From Devosia sp. (GTDB lineage Bacteria > Pseudomonadota > Alphaproteobacteria > Rhizobiales > Devosiaceae): a stretch of 64,000 bases of DNA. The stretch is from the NCBI GenBank assembly GCA_044224395.1, contig JBGAKM010000014.1:3095-67094 (forward strand). The letters are read 5' to 3'. The position numbers and the translations under genes were made by a program. This document shows positions 1 through 9,952 of the stretch, piece by piece. Position 1 is the first letter of the stretch. Each line of letters starts with the position of its first letter. Under the pieces are notes generated by a model. The model worked only from the letters and a program-made list of their open reading frames with translations. It was not told where the DNA came from and made no database searches.

Positions 1-524
1 CCGAGAATGATGCGGTCCGGTCGCATGCAGTCGGCGACGGCGGAGCCTTCCTTGAGGAACTCGGGGTTGGAGACGATCTCGGCCGTCAGGTCGCTGCGGC
101 CGCGTGCGGCGAGCGCCGCCGTCAACGTCGCCCGGACCCTGTCGCCGGTACCGACGGGGACGGTGGATTTCGTCACCAGGATCTTGGGCTCGGCCATCGC
201 GGCGGCGATGGTGTTGGTGACGGCGACGACGTGGCTCACATCGGCCGACCCGTCCGGGCGCGGCGGCGTGCCGACGGCGATGAACAGGATGCCGGCATGC
301 GCGACGCCGACCGCCGCATCGGTGGTGAAGGCCAGCTTTCCGGCCGCCAGACCGCGGCGGATCATGCCCTCGAGGTCGGGCTCGAAAATGGGGACGATGC
401 CGCGCTTGAGGCCATCGATGCGCGCCGCATCGACATCGACGCCGACGACATCGTGGCCGACCTCCGCAAATGCCGCAGCCTGCACCAGCCCGACATAGCC
501 AGCCCCGAAAATCGTGACCTTCAC
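1..524 (-). CDS. ugd: UDP-glucose 6-dehydrogenase, 5' part (runs off the window edge)
   Basis: Not in the ORF track. Manual minus-strand translation from GTG at 524 gives MKVTIFGAGYVGLVQAAAFAEVGHDVVGVDVD...FIAVGTP...KSTVPVGT...SNPEFLKEGSAVAD...PDRIILG; GAGGGAG RBS upstream. Confidence 0.93.
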   Translation of the reverse strand, partial: MKVTIFGAGYVGLVQAAAFAEVGHDVVGVDVDAARIDGLKRGIVPIFEPDLEGMIRRGLAAGKLAFTTDAAVGVAHAGILFIAVGTPPRPDGSADVSHVVAVTNTIAAAMAEPKILVTKSTVPVGTGDRVRATLTAALAARGRSDLTAEIVSNPEFLKEGSAVADCMRPDRIIL

Positions 525-670
525 GATCGCCTACTCCCTCGCACGCCGCAAAGGCTTAGGGGCGGGCGCCGGATTGCACAACCCCGGCAGAACCGAACGC
601 GCACCGGCGTTCCCGGGCTTGTCGGGAGCCGCGGCGACCACTAACATGTTAGTTGGAGAGACAGCATTTC

Positions 671-1417
671 ATGAACAATTACGATCTCAAAGACCGCGTG
701 GCGATCGTGACCGGCGGCGCGCAGGGCATCGGGCTGGCGGTGGCGGAGCGCATGCTCGAAAGCGGGGCGAAGGTCTCGATCTGGGACCGGGACCAGCCGA
801 CGCTCGATGGCATTTCCGCGCGGGGCGACGACCGCATCCAGACGCTCAACGTCAATATCGGCGATCTGGGCAATGTCGAGGACGCGACCCGGCAAGTGCT
901 GGCCCGGTTCGGCAAGATCGACATCCTGATCAACAATGCCGCGATCGTCGGCCCCAACGCCACCACCGTCGACTACGACCCCAAGGCCTTTGCCGATGTC
1001 GTCCATATCGGGCTGGTCGGCACCTTCTATTGCTGCCGGACTGTGGTGCCGCACATGATCGCGCAGAATTACGGGCGCATCGTCTCGACCGCCTCCGTGG
1101 CCGGCAAAGAAGGCAACCCCGGCGCTCCCGCCTACAGCGCCATGAAGGCAGGCGTCATCGCGCTCACCAAGTCGCTGGGCAAGGAAGTCGCCAAGCACAA
1201 CATCGCCGTCAACTGCATCACCCCCTCTATGGCCGCAACGAAGTCTGCGTTGGAGCAGGACCCCGACTTCATCAAAATGATCCTCAGCAAAGTGCCGCGC
1301 GGGCGGTTTGTGGAACTGAGCGAAGCGGCGTCGATGATCTGCTGGCTCGCGAGCGAGGAGAACTCGTTCACGACAGCCGCCACGTTCGACCTTTCGGGCG
1401 GCCGCGCGACGTATTGA
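671..1417 (+). CDS. SDR oxidoreductase, resembles 2-keto-3-deoxy-L-rhamnonate 4-dehydrogenase (Lra5-like)
   Basis: TGGAQGIG, NNAA and YSAMK motifs; ASVAGKEGNP and FDLSGGRATY typical of this SDR subgroup. Confidence 0.8.
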   Translation: MNNYDLKDRVAIVTGGAQGIGLAVAERMLESGAKVSIWDRDQPTLDGISARGDDRIQTLNVNIGDLGNVEDATRQVLARFGKIDILINNAAIVGPNATTVDYDPKAFADVVHIGLVGTFYCCRTVVPHMIAQNYGRIVSTASVAGKEGNPGAPAYSAMKAGVIALTKSLGKEVAKHNIAVNCITPSMAATKSALEQDPDFIKMILSKVPRGRFVELSEAASMICWLASEENSFTTAATFDLSGGRATY

Positions 1418-1474
1418 GATCAAGCTTCCGCCTCAGGCAGTGCGCTGTACCAGCCACTGGCATGAGCTGGAGGG

Positions 1475-2413
1475 CTAAGGCAGCTTCGGGACCGGTATGC
1501 GGCTCAGACGCTCGGCGCCTCGCGAAAGCGCGTCGGCGTCAAGGGGACGCCCCCAGTTCGGGTGACTGTGAACCGCGTAGTGAGCCATCGCCTGTCGCAT
1601 TCGCAGGCGCGAAAGAAGCGACATTGTCGCGATGAGATCGTCGGGAAAGACCCCTTCACGATCTGCTCGATCGACCCGGTCCCGCATTGCCGAAACGACA
1701 TCCAGGTCGAAATCGATAACCGACCCCAGTCGTGTCATCGGGTCTAGCCGATAAGCTCGAACCTTGCCCCGCCACGCCTCATGCGCACTCAGGAAGGTGT
1801 TGAACAGGCGCTCGACAATGAAGGGCAGGAAGGGCGTCGGCTTGTCGTGATAGGTTATCTCCATGGCCGCCAGCACGCTGGGATGTTCTGGGTTCTGCTG
1901 CACAAAGGTCAGAAGAGGCTGAACAAGTCCGCCAACGTAGTCTTCCCAGAAGCGTCGACTCCCGAGCCAGAAGTTGCTGAAACACCAGACGTCTGGACCG
2001 TGCCGTCCGACGTCCGCCAACCTGACGTCGATCCTGCACGCGTCGAGAAGGTTTTGACCCACCGACATGATGCCGGGATGAGCCAGCTCGCCCTGCATCC
2101 AGATGTTGTAGGCATAATAGGGAGCGCGAGGGACGGCGTTGAATGTGAAAACTTCTCCGTCCGAGTTTTCTTCTACAAAGGCGATCACGTCGTGGGCAGA
2201 TAACCCTGTTTTCTCGCCAAAGCGCGGCGAGAAGAGTCCTGTCAGGTCGTGTTGCAGGTGGACGCGATCCTCATAAAGCTTTTCGTAGAACTGCAGCTCG
2301 CGCAGGTGAGGACGTTCATTGTCGCCACGAAGAGCCCGAAACTCCGGCTGAGCGAGGGTTTGTCCGGGACGATAAATCGGCTCGTAGATGCCGATATCAG
2401 GGCCGTTCATCAA
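1475..2413 (-). CDS. Uncharacterised protein, paralogue 1 of six (putative GT-like)
   Basis: 312 aa; IYEPIY, LRE, GLFSPRFGEKT, NIW, HPG, NFW, FWEDYVG and PFLPFIVERLF shared with five other ORFs. Confidence 0.85.
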   Translation of the reverse strand: MMNGPDIGIYEPIYRPGQTLAQPEFRALRGDNERPHLRELQFYEKLYEDRVHLQHDLTGLFSPRFGEKTGLSAHDVIAFVEENSDGEVFTFNAVPRAPYYAYNIWMQGELAHPGIMSVGQNLLDACRIDVRLADVGRHGPDVWCFSNFWLGSRRFWEDYVGGLVQPLLTFVQQNPEHPSVLAAMEITYHDKPTPFLPFIVERLFNTFLSAHEAWRGKVRAYRLDPMTRLGSVIDFDLDVVSAMRDRVDRADREGVFPDDLIATMSLLSRLRMRQAMAHYAVHSHPNWGRPLDADALSRGAERLSRIPVPKLP

Positions 2414-3334
2414 TTAGAGCTTTACGATTGGCCAGCTGTCGACGTCGGCCAGGATGCTGGAGATCCATTTCTTGCTCAAGGGTCTGTCGCTGTCGGGGTA
2501 GTTGTGGGTTGCGTAGTGAGCCATCTGGAATCGTCTGCGCAGTCGGCGGAGCAGGTACATGGTAGCGAGAAGCTCGGGAGGGAAGTTGCCCTCGGCATCC
2601 GCGCGATCGACCCGATCCTTCATTGCTTCCATGATGTCGCGCTCGAATGCGAGGCACCTTGGCGTATCCCACACCACAAGCTGGCGCACGCGGGCGCGCC
2701 AGTCCGGACGCGACTCGAGAAAGGTTGTGAAGAGACGTTCTATTATGAACGGCAGGAACGGCGTTCGTTCGTGAGGACTTTCGAGCGAGAGTACGCGGCG
2801 AACGATCGGGCTATCCGGGTTGTTCCTGACGAACTCGGCGATCGGAAGCAGGACCTCTCCTACGTACTCGTTCCAGAATCGTGTCGACCCGATCCAGTAA
2901 TTGCACATGCACCAGATGTCAGGGCTGTGACGTCCGATGCTCTCTAGATCGTAGGGCAGGCCCACAGCGTTCAAGAGTGCCTGTGCTGCGCCCGTGATTC
3001 CCGGGTGGATGTCTTCCCCGTTGTTCCATACATTGTACATCATGTACGGCATTTGCGGGTGGGCGATGAATGTATAGATCTCGCCGCCTGGGTGACTGTC
3101 GACGAACGAGAAGACATCGCGGGACGTCAAGAGCGTCTTGGTTGCGAACTTTGGTGAGAAAAGACCGACGAGCTCGTGCCGACGATGGATACCCTGCTGG
3201 TACATGTCGACCAGGAACTGTAGCTCCCGCCAATCAGGCTCGCCGTTCGCATGTGGATATGGCGCGTATCCCGCGTCGGCCAGCGTCTGCCCTGGCATAT
3301 AGAGAGGCTCGTAAACCTGTACACGAGAAGTCAA
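2414..3334 (-). CDS. Uncharacterised protein, paralogue 2 of six
   Basis: 306 aa; VYEPLY, WRE, GLFSPKFATKT, HPG, NYW, PFLPFIIERLF; directly abuts paralogue 1. Confidence 0.85.
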   Translation of the reverse strand: MTSRVQVYEPLYMPGQTLADAGYAPYPHANGEPDWRELQFLVDMYQQGIHRRHELVGLFSPKFATKTLLTSRDVFSFVDSHPGGEIYTFIAHPQMPYMMYNVWNNGEDIHPGITGAAQALLNAVGLPYDLESIGRHSPDIWCMCNYWIGSTRFWNEYVGEVLLPIAEFVRNNPDSPIVRRVLSLESPHERTPFLPFIIERLFTTFLESRPDWRARVRQLVVWDTPRCLAFERDIMEAMKDRVDRADAEGNFPPELLATMYLLRRLRRRFQMAHYATHNYPDSDRPLSKKWISSILADVDSWPIVKL

Positions 3335-3580
3335 TAACTCTTCTTTCTGACGATCAGACCGACCGACGTCGAACGTAGTTGTCGATCCGAGGTTTCAAGT
3401 GCCGCGTTTCTGGCAATACGTACATCCAGCCACCCTTTCCGTATCGCATTACGCAGCAGAGCATCAATTATAACCAGCCTATGGGGCAATGCGACCGGAT
3501 GCGCTGGCGGGCCGATTCCAATCTTTGCGCTGCTCCCGTGACGTACTAGAAGTTGGCCGCTTCAAGAAAGTGGAATGCCC

Positions 3581-4129
3581 ATGAACGTCATGCGCCTTGC
3601 CTTGCCCGACGTGCTGCTCATCGAGCCGCGCGTGTTTGCCGACGACCGGGGCTATTTCTACGAGAGTTTCAATGCGCGCACGTTCGCGGCGGTCACGGGG
3701 CTGGATGTGACGTTTGTGCAGGATAATCACTCGCGGTCGAGCAAGGGCGTGTTGCGGGGGCTGCATTATCAGTTGTCTCCGTACGGGCAGGGGAAGCTCG
3801 TGCGGTGTCCGGCGGGGGCGGTGCTGGATGTGGCGGTGGATATCCGGCGGTCGTCGCCGACGTTCGGCCAGTGGGTCGCCGAGGAGCTGTCGGCGGACAA
3901 CAAGAAGCAGCTCTATGTGCCGGTGGGGTTTGCACACGGCTTCCTGGCGCTGACCGAGGGGGCTGAACTGCTCTACAAGACGACGGATTTTTACGACAAG
4001 GCGTCGGAACGCTCGATCCGGTGGGACGATCCGGACATCGCGCTTGGCTGGCCGGCAGGCATCGCGCCGCTGCTTGCGCCCAAGGATGCGGCGGCGCCGC
4101 TCTTGCGGGATGCCGACATATTCGACTGA
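3581..4129 (+). CDS. rfbC: dTDP-4-dehydrorhamnose 3,5-epimerase
   Basis: DDRGYFYESF, FVQDNHSRS, GVLRGLHYQ, VAVDIRRSSPTFG, GFAHGF motifs. Confidence 0.96.
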   Translation: MNVMRLALPDVLLIEPRVFADDRGYFYESFNARTFAAVTGLDVTFVQDNHSRSSKGVLRGLHYQLSPYGQGKLVRCPAGAVLDVAVDIRRSSPTFGQWVAEELSADNKKQLYVPVGFAHGFLALTEGAELLYKTTDFYDKASERSIRWDDPDIALGWPAGIAPLLAPKDAAAPLLRDADIFD

Positions 4130-4238
4130 GCCGGGTGCCGCCAAAGCCCCGCCGACCAGCCGCAACTCAGCCTTCCTGTTGCCTGTATCGCCATGCTAGC
4201 GTCGGCGCTAGGCGATTATGCGCGTTAGGGGAATGCCG

Positions 4239-5828
4239 ATGAGACTGAGGATGCTTGCCGGCCTTGGGGCCGTCGCACTGATCGTGGCCCTGAGCGCCAC
4301 CGGGGCCATGGCGCAGGAGCGCCGCTACTCGACGGGCGCCACGCCGACCCCGCCCGAGCGCCTGGCGGCGTTGCCGCAGGCGCCGGAGTATCGCGACTTC
4401 CTTCCGCAGGCGGTGGACCTCAGCCGCTACATGCCACCGGTGGGCGACCAGCTGAACCAGGGCTCCTGCGTGGGTTGGGCGACGGCTTACGCCGCGCGCG
4501 CCTATTACGCTTACCAGGTCGAGCATCGCGATCTGGCCGATACGGCCAACATCCCGAGCCCAGCGTGGCTGTTCAACATCATCCATATCGGGTCCGACTG
4601 TAACCAGGGCTCGTTCGTGCCCGACGCGATGGATGTGCTGAAGCAGGGCGCGCAGTCGCTAAAGGATTATCCGTACGACGATACCAAGTGCCCGCGCCCG
4701 CTTCCACCGGCGCGCATGCGGGCGACCGACTTCAAGATCGAGAGCTACGAGCTGGTCTGGAGCCAGCAGGATCCCAACGCCAGCATCGATACGGTGAAGG
4801 GCGCGCTCGCCAAGGGCCATCCGGTGGTGATCACGGCGGCGCTCGATGCCGAGTTCTTCAACCTCAATCCGCGCCAGTCGATCTGGCGGTCGACGCCCGA
4901 AGCCAAGAACGAGGGCGGCCATGCCTTCACGCTGGTGGGCTACGACGATGCGACGCAGACCTTCAAGTTCATCAATTCGTGGAACACGGGCTGGGGCGAC
5001 AAGGGCTATGGCCGCATGACCTACGACACGTTCAAGGCGCGCGTGTGGGAAGGCCACATCATGCACCTGCCGGGCGATCCCGAGATCCCCCTCGAGGAGG
5101 ACGATTTTGTCGCCGACGTGATCGACACGACGCCGCCTCCGCCGCCCTACAAGCCGCCGTTGATCGTGACGCCGACGACGGACGTCGCGACGCGGGACCT
5201 CAACGGCGAGATCAAGCTGGGCGAACTCGCCTGCGGCAAGGTCGATATCAGCACCGACGCCCAGGGCAACTCGATCGCCACCGGCTTCGTCGGCAGCGAA
5301 GACGAGATGGCACAGGTGCAGAACGCGCTGATGGACAAGGTCGACACGGTCGACGTGGCGCTGGCGCCGTGGCCGGCGTGCGAAGTCCGGCTGACGCTAG
5401 ACAAGCCGCTCAACGAATCGGACGTGCCGCAGGTGGCGTTCGCGCCGGAAGCGCCGACGGTGGGCGAGGCGATCAATATCGGCATCGAGACGCCGGGCTT
5501 CCCGTCGTACCTTTATGCCGCGTACTTCTCCGCCGACGGCAACGTGCTCAACCTGTCGCAGCCAAGTTCAGCCGATTTGCGTCCCAAGGCCGGCCACACG
5601 ATCGTGCGCTTCGGCGATACGGAAGGCGGCCAGGTGTCGCTGACCGTGTCCCCGCCGGTGGGCGACGAAATGCTGGTGGTGGTGTCGTCCGAGAAGCCAT
5701 TGTTCTCGGCGGCACGCCCGGATGTGGAAACGTATCGGGATTTCCTGTCGGCGCTGCGCGAGGGTGTGTTGTCAGGGGAGGGTGGGCGCGTGACGGCCAG
5801 TGTCGTGCCGGTGACGACTACGGAGTGA
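4239..5828 (+). CDS. Secreted papain-like C1 cysteine peptidase with C-terminal DUF4384-like domain
   Basis: Signal peptide; DQLNQGSCVGWA (Gln/Cys), GGHAFTLVGYDD (His), INSWNTGWGDKGYG (Asn); Pro linker; C-terminal beta domain (SYLYAAYFSADG...PPVGDEMLVVVSS). Start codon uncertain. Confidence 0.85.
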   Translation: MRLRMLAGLGAVALIVALSATGAMAQERRYSTGATPTPPERLAALPQAPEYRDFLPQAVDLSRYMPPVGDQLNQGSCVGWATAYAARAYYAYQVEHRDLADTANIPSPAWLFNIIHIGSDCNQGSFVPDAMDVLKQGAQSLKDYPYDDTKCPRPLPPARMRATDFKIESYELVWSQQDPNASIDTVKGALAKGHPVVITAALDAEFFNLNPRQSIWRSTPEAKNEGGHAFTLVGYDDATQTFKFINSWNTGWGDKGYGRMTYDTFKARVWEGHIMHLPGDPEIPLEEDDFVADVIDTTPPPPPYKPPLIVTPTTDVATRDLNGEIKLGELACGKVDISTDAQGNSIATGFVGSEDEMAQVQNALMDKVDTVDVALAPWPACEVRLTLDKPLNESDVPQVAFAPEAPTVGEAINIGIETPGFPSYLYAAYFSADGNVLNLSQPSSADLRPKAGHTIVRFGDTEGGQVSLTVSPPVGDEMLVVVSSEKPLFSAARPDVETYRDFLSALREGVLSGEGGRVTASVVPVTTTE

Positions 5829-5991
5829 GAGCGCAACATGCCGATCGCCAGGCTGCGGGAGCTGTAACTTCCGCAGTCTCATGGTCTATTCCGGAGGGCT
5901 GTAGGCTATCACCGCAAGTTCAGTTAGCGCCGTGCCAGTACGGTGCCAATTGTCTCTTTCGCCAAATCAGACAACATACTAGAAACCGCGC

Positions 5992-7047
5992 ATGAGGATA
6001 TTGGTCACCGGCGGCGCAGGCTTTATTGGCGCCAATTTTGTAGCCCGCTTGCTCTCGGATACGGGCGTTGAACGCGTTGTTGTCATCGACGCCCTCACAT
6101 ACGCTGGGAATCTGGGCAATCTTGCCGAGGCGCACCGCGACAAGCGCTTTCGTTTTGTCAAGGGCTCCATCCTCGACCGTGACCTCATCGAAAGCCTGCT
6201 TGTCGGCGAGAATATCGATACGGTCGCGCATTTCGCGGCAGAGAGCCATGTTGATCGCTCGATTCGCGGCCCCGAGGCGTTCATAGAAACCAACGTGACC
6301 GGAACGCTCCGCATGCTGGAGGCCGCGCGCTCCTATGTGGGCAGTGGCGCCGACAAGCGTGATCGCTTCCGCTTCCTTCACGTCTCAACAGACGAAGTGT
6401 TCGGCACACTCGGTCCGGCGGACCCCAAGTTCAACGAGTCGACGCCCTATTCGCCCAATAGCCCCTATGCCGCAAGCAAGGCGGCGTCCGATCATCTCGT
6501 TCGAGCGTGGCACGAGACCTATGGCCTGACGACCCTTATCTCAAACTGCTCGAACAACTACGGGCCGTTCCAGTTTCCAGAGAAGTTGATACCGCTGGTG
6601 ATCCACAATGCCCTCGCCGGTAAGCAGCTCCCGATCTATGGCGATGGCAAGCAGGTACGCGACTGGCTCTATGTCGGCGATCACTGCGCCGCGCTGGCGC
6701 GTATCATCGAGAGGGGTGTGCCGGGCGAGACGTACGCCGTGGGCGGCGATTCCGAGCGAACCAATCTCGAGGTTGTCGGCACGATTTGTGATCTGCTCGA
6801 TCATCATCGTCCGCGCAATTCCGGCTCCTATCGCGATCAGATTGCCTTTGTGGCCGACCGCCCCGGCCACGACCGTCGGTACGCAATCGATGCCAGCAAA
6901 CTGAAGCGGGAGCTCGGCTGGCAAGCAGAACGTGATTTCAAGTCCGGTATCGAGGCGACCGTAAAATGGTACCTCGACAACGGTGACTGGGTCCGCGACG
7001 TCGCATCTGGCGCCTATCGCGAGTGGGTTGCGGAACAATACGCTTGA
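5992..7047 (+). CDS. rfbB: dTDP-glucose 4,6-dehydratase
   Basis: TGGAGFIG, HFAAESHVDRSI, HVSTDEVFG, YAASKA, NNYGPFQFPEKLIP, DRPGHDRRYA. Confidence 0.97.
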   Translation: MRILVTGGAGFIGANFVARLLSDTGVERVVVIDALTYAGNLGNLAEAHRDKRFRFVKGSILDRDLIESLLVGENIDTVAHFAAESHVDRSIRGPEAFIETNVTGTLRMLEAARSYVGSGADKRDRFRFLHVSTDEVFGTLGPADPKFNESTPYSPNSPYAASKAASDHLVRAWHETYGLTTLISNCSNNYGPFQFPEKLIPLVIHNALAGKQLPIYGDGKQVRDWLYVGDHCAALARIIERGVPGETYAVGGDSERTNLEVVGTICDLLDHHRPRNSGSYRDQIAFVADRPGHDRRYAIDASKLKRELGWQAERDFKSGIEATVKWYLDNGDWVRDVASGAYREWVAEQYA

Positions 7048-7937
7048 GGCTCCTGCTGCTGGGCAAGAACGGTCAGGTCGGGCGCGCGCTTGCTCCGCTG
7101 CTCGACACGCTTGGGACCGTTGCCGCATTCGATCGACAGGAGGCCAACCTCGAGCAGCCGCGGGCCATTGGCGATCTCATCGACAGCACCCGTCCGGATG
7201 TGATCGTCAACGCGGCAGCTTACACCGCGGTGGACGCGGCCGAGGACGATCGGGCGCGCGCATTCACCGTCAACGCTGAGGCCGTTGGGGTCATCGGTGA
7301 GCATGCAAGGGCGCTCGGCGCCCTGGTCGTTCACTATTCGACCGACTTCGTGTTCGACGGCAAGTCCGCGCGAGGTTACCGCGAGGACGATACCGCCGCG
7401 CCCCTCTCCGTCTACGGAGCCAGCAAGCTTGCTGGAGACGAGGCTCTCGTTGCCAGCGGTGCCGATCATCTCATCCTGCGCGTCACCTGGAATTACTCCC
7501 CGGACGGCAAGAACTTTCCGCTTACGATCCTTCGTTTAGCCAAGACCAAGGACGCGATCGATGTCGTTTCGGACGAGGTTGGCGCTGCTACCTCCGCGAA
7601 GCTCATCGCCGGCTCGACAGTGGTTGCCCTAGAGAAGGCTCTCGCCGATCGAAGCAGGGGTGGCGTCTATCACCTTACCGCAGCAGGTTCGGCTAGTCGG
7701 AATGAACTGGCTCGCTACGTTGTTGCTGAAGCGATTGCGGCGGGCGCCAACCTGATCCTCAAACCGGAAGCGATCCGGCCGATTGAGGCGCGCAACTATC
7801 CGCTCAAGGCGTCGCGGCCCAGCAACTCGCGCCTGGATACAGCCAAGTTCCGCGAAACATTTGGTGTCCGGCTCCCGCACTGGCAGGATGGTGTGCGGGA
7901 TCTGATCTGGACTCTGCGGAACGAGGATCGCCTGTAG
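7044..7937 (+). CDS. rfbD: dTDP-4-dehydrorhamnose reductase
   Basis: TTG start overlapping the rfbB stop; GKNGQVG, NAAAYTAVD, HYSTDFVFDG, YGASKLAG. Confidence 0.95.
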   Translation: MRLLLLGKNGQVGRALAPLLDTLGTVAAFDRQEANLEQPRAIGDLIDSTRPDVIVNAAAYTAVDAAEDDRARAFTVNAEAVGVIGEHARALGALVVHYSTDFVFDGKSARGYREDDTAAPLSVYGASKLAGDEALVASGADHLILRVTWNYSPDGKNFPLTILRLAKTKDAIDVVSDEVGAATSAKLIAGSTVVALEKALADRSRGGVYHLTAAGSASRNELARYVVAEAIAAGANLILKPEAIRPIEARNYPLKASRPSNSRLDTAKFRETFGVRLPHWQDGVRDLIWTLRNEDRL

Positions 7938-7941
7938 CGGG

Positions 7942-9033
7942 CTAAGTGTCGCCTGCGATCCGCGTGTACAGTTGCTTATAAGTCGTTGCCACCTGCTCCA
8001 TCGTAAAGTGTGCCAGGTACCTGCTACGTGCCGCTTGCCCCATGTTCTGGGCTAGCTCCGCGTCTGTGCTCAACCGGCGCATGGCGTCGGAGAGTGCCTC
8101 GACGTTCGCTGGTGGGATGACGAGGCCCGTTTGGCCATTCTGGTTCACAAAGCTTGTTCCGGTGCCGATCTCGCAGGAGATCATGGGGCGGCCGGCGCGT
8201 GCGGCCTCCAGCAAGGCAACACCGAAGGCTTCCGAACGGAGGTGCGAGGGGAAAACAAACGCCCGGCATAGCGACAGCAATGCCTCCTTATCGGCTTCAG
8301 TGACCGGTCCTAGCACTTTCACGTTCGGGGGGATTGTCCCCGACACACGACCGTTTCCAGCGACAACGACAGGCAGGCCGGACGATTGGGCCGCGGCGAG
8401 AAGGAAGTCGATACCTTTGTAGTAACGGAGCTCTCCGACAAACAGAAAGAAGTCGCCGCCGATACGGTCCCGCCAAGAGGCAATGAGTGTGTCAGGTGGG
8501 GCGACGCGCTCGGCAAGGCCAATTGGAATGACGTTCGTTTTGTCTGAATATCGCCCGAGTACCTCGCTGCTTTTTGTGTAGTTGGGGGACGTTGCGACGA
8601 TACAATCGACGCTGCGCAAGTAGGCATGCATGAGGGGTGCGTAGAGCGACTTCAAGAATTTCTGGCGCACGATGTCGGAGTGATAGGTGAGTATCGAAGG
8701 CTTGCCGCGACTTCCGGCGAAGTGCAACAGGTCCATCATGGGCCAGGGGAAGTGATAGTGAATCACATCGGCCGTGGCCGAGAGCTCCCTGAACTTTCCA
8801 AGTGCCGAAAGAGATAGTCCAGTCGAGGCGACGTAGAGGTCCAGCTTGGCCTTGTGGCTGATGTGCGCATCGATCGTGAGCGGGGCCACGATTGCGTTGC
8901 GGTCGGCAGCGAGGGAGAAAACGTGGTTCTCAAGCCCGAGCGCCGAAGTGCCCTCCGCGATAGACCATATCGCGCGTTCGATACCTCCAAAGTTGTCGGG
9001 GAGATATGTCTTGAAGACGTGCAGGACTTTCAT
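7942..9033 (-). CDS. GT4 glycosyltransferase (WbpZ-like)
   Basis: KTYLPDNFGGIE, HYHFPWP, YHSDIVRQK, RYYKG, PSHLRSEAFGVALLEA. Confidence 0.9.
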   Translation of the reverse strand: MKVLHVFKTYLPDNFGGIERAIWSIAEGTSALGLENHVFSLAADRNAIVAPLTIDAHISHKAKLDLYVASTGLSLSALGKFRELSATADVIHYHFPWPMMDLLHFAGSRGKPSILTYHSDIVRQKFLKSLYAPLMHAYLRSVDCIVATSPNYTKSSEVLGRYSDKTNVIPIGLAERVAPPDTLIASWRDRIGGDFFLFVGELRYYKGIDFLLAAAQSSGLPVVVAGNGRVSGTIPPNVKVLGPVTEADKEALLSLCRAFVFPSHLRSEAFGVALLEAARAGRPMISCEIGTGTSFVNQNGQTGLVIPPANVEALSDAMRRLSTDAELAQNMGQAARSRYLAHFTMEQVATTYKQLYTRIAGDT

Positions 9034-9076
9034 GCTGACCCGTCAGTCCGTCCCTCGGTCCTTTGTGGATCCACCA

Positions 9077-9952
9077 TCAGGAGCTGGACGTCGTCTGTCG
9101 GCGGCTCGGCGGAATCGTATGCGGGTGCTGGACCGTTCGGTAGTGGACATCCTTGTGCATCGCATCGGCTTTCGAAAGAAATCGCATCAGCCGACGAAGG
9201 TCGTCCGAAAATTCGGTTCCTTCCGCTTCGGCGAGGATAGGAGCCATGTAGGCAATTGTCTCGCGTTCGAATTGCGTCAGACAAGACTCAATTGGGTCGC
9301 GCTGCCACGCGCCGATTGACAGGGACGGATGCAGCTTGAGGTAGGTCGAGATCATGCGTTCGATCACAAAGGGCAGATACGGACCCACAGTCGTGTGGTT
9401 GGTGTCCTCGAAGATGCCGATCGAAGCCGGGTGCGTAGGATGTTGTTCTATGAACGAGGCAATGGGTACCAAAATGCCGCCAACGTAGCTGTCCCAGAAC
9501 GCTTCGGTACCCACCCAGAAATTGCTGAAGAGAAAGACATCGTGGCCGTGTCTGGGTTGATTGGAGAGGTCCCAATCGATGCCCACAGCATCAAGGAGTG
9601 CCTGCGCCGCGGCCACGATCCCGGGGTGATTGGCCTCGGCATGTTCCCACACATTGAAGTTGGAATAAGGGGCCCATGCGCCTGAGTTGGCGAGGTAGAC
9701 GTCGTGGCCGGGATTCGCCTCGATAAAGGCAATCAGGTCAGGGCCCGAGAGCCCCGTCTTGACACAGAATTTGGGTGACAACACACCCGTCAGCTTGGAG
9801 CCGCGGTGCAGTCCTGCGCGGTACATATCGACCATTATGGCGAATTCGCGCCAAGGCGCCCGTTCATTGGCGATGGGCAGGGCCTTGAAGGCAGGCTCGA
9901 TCAATTCCTGCCCTGCGGCATAGATGGGTTCGAAAATCTGGATATCGGTCAC
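9077..9952 (-). CDS. Uncharacterised protein, paralogue 3 of six
   Basis: GTG at 9952 overlaps the TGA of the upstream paralogue (GTGA); IFEPIY, WRE, GVLSPKF, HPG, NFWVG, PYLPFVIERM. Confidence 0.85.
   Translation of the reverse strand: MTDIQIFEPIYAAGQELIEPAFKALPIANERAPWREFAIMVDMYRAGLHRGSKLTGVLSPKFCVKTGLSGPDLIAFIEANPGHDVYLANSGAWAPYSNFNVWEHAEANHPGIVAAAQALLDAVGIDWDLSNQPRHGHDVFLFSNFWVGTEAFWDSYVGGILVPIASFIEQHPTHPASIGIFEDTNHTTVGPYLPFVIERMISTYLKLHPSLSIGAWQRDPIESCLTQFERETIAYMAPILAEAEGTEFSDDLRRLMRFLSKADAMHKDVHYRTVQHPHTIPPSRRQTTSSS

Noticed and set aside
7-1635. Plus-strand ORFs 7-498, 231-644 and 514-1635
   Set aside because: Shadows of ugd (minus strand) and off-frame overlaps of the SDR; no motifs.
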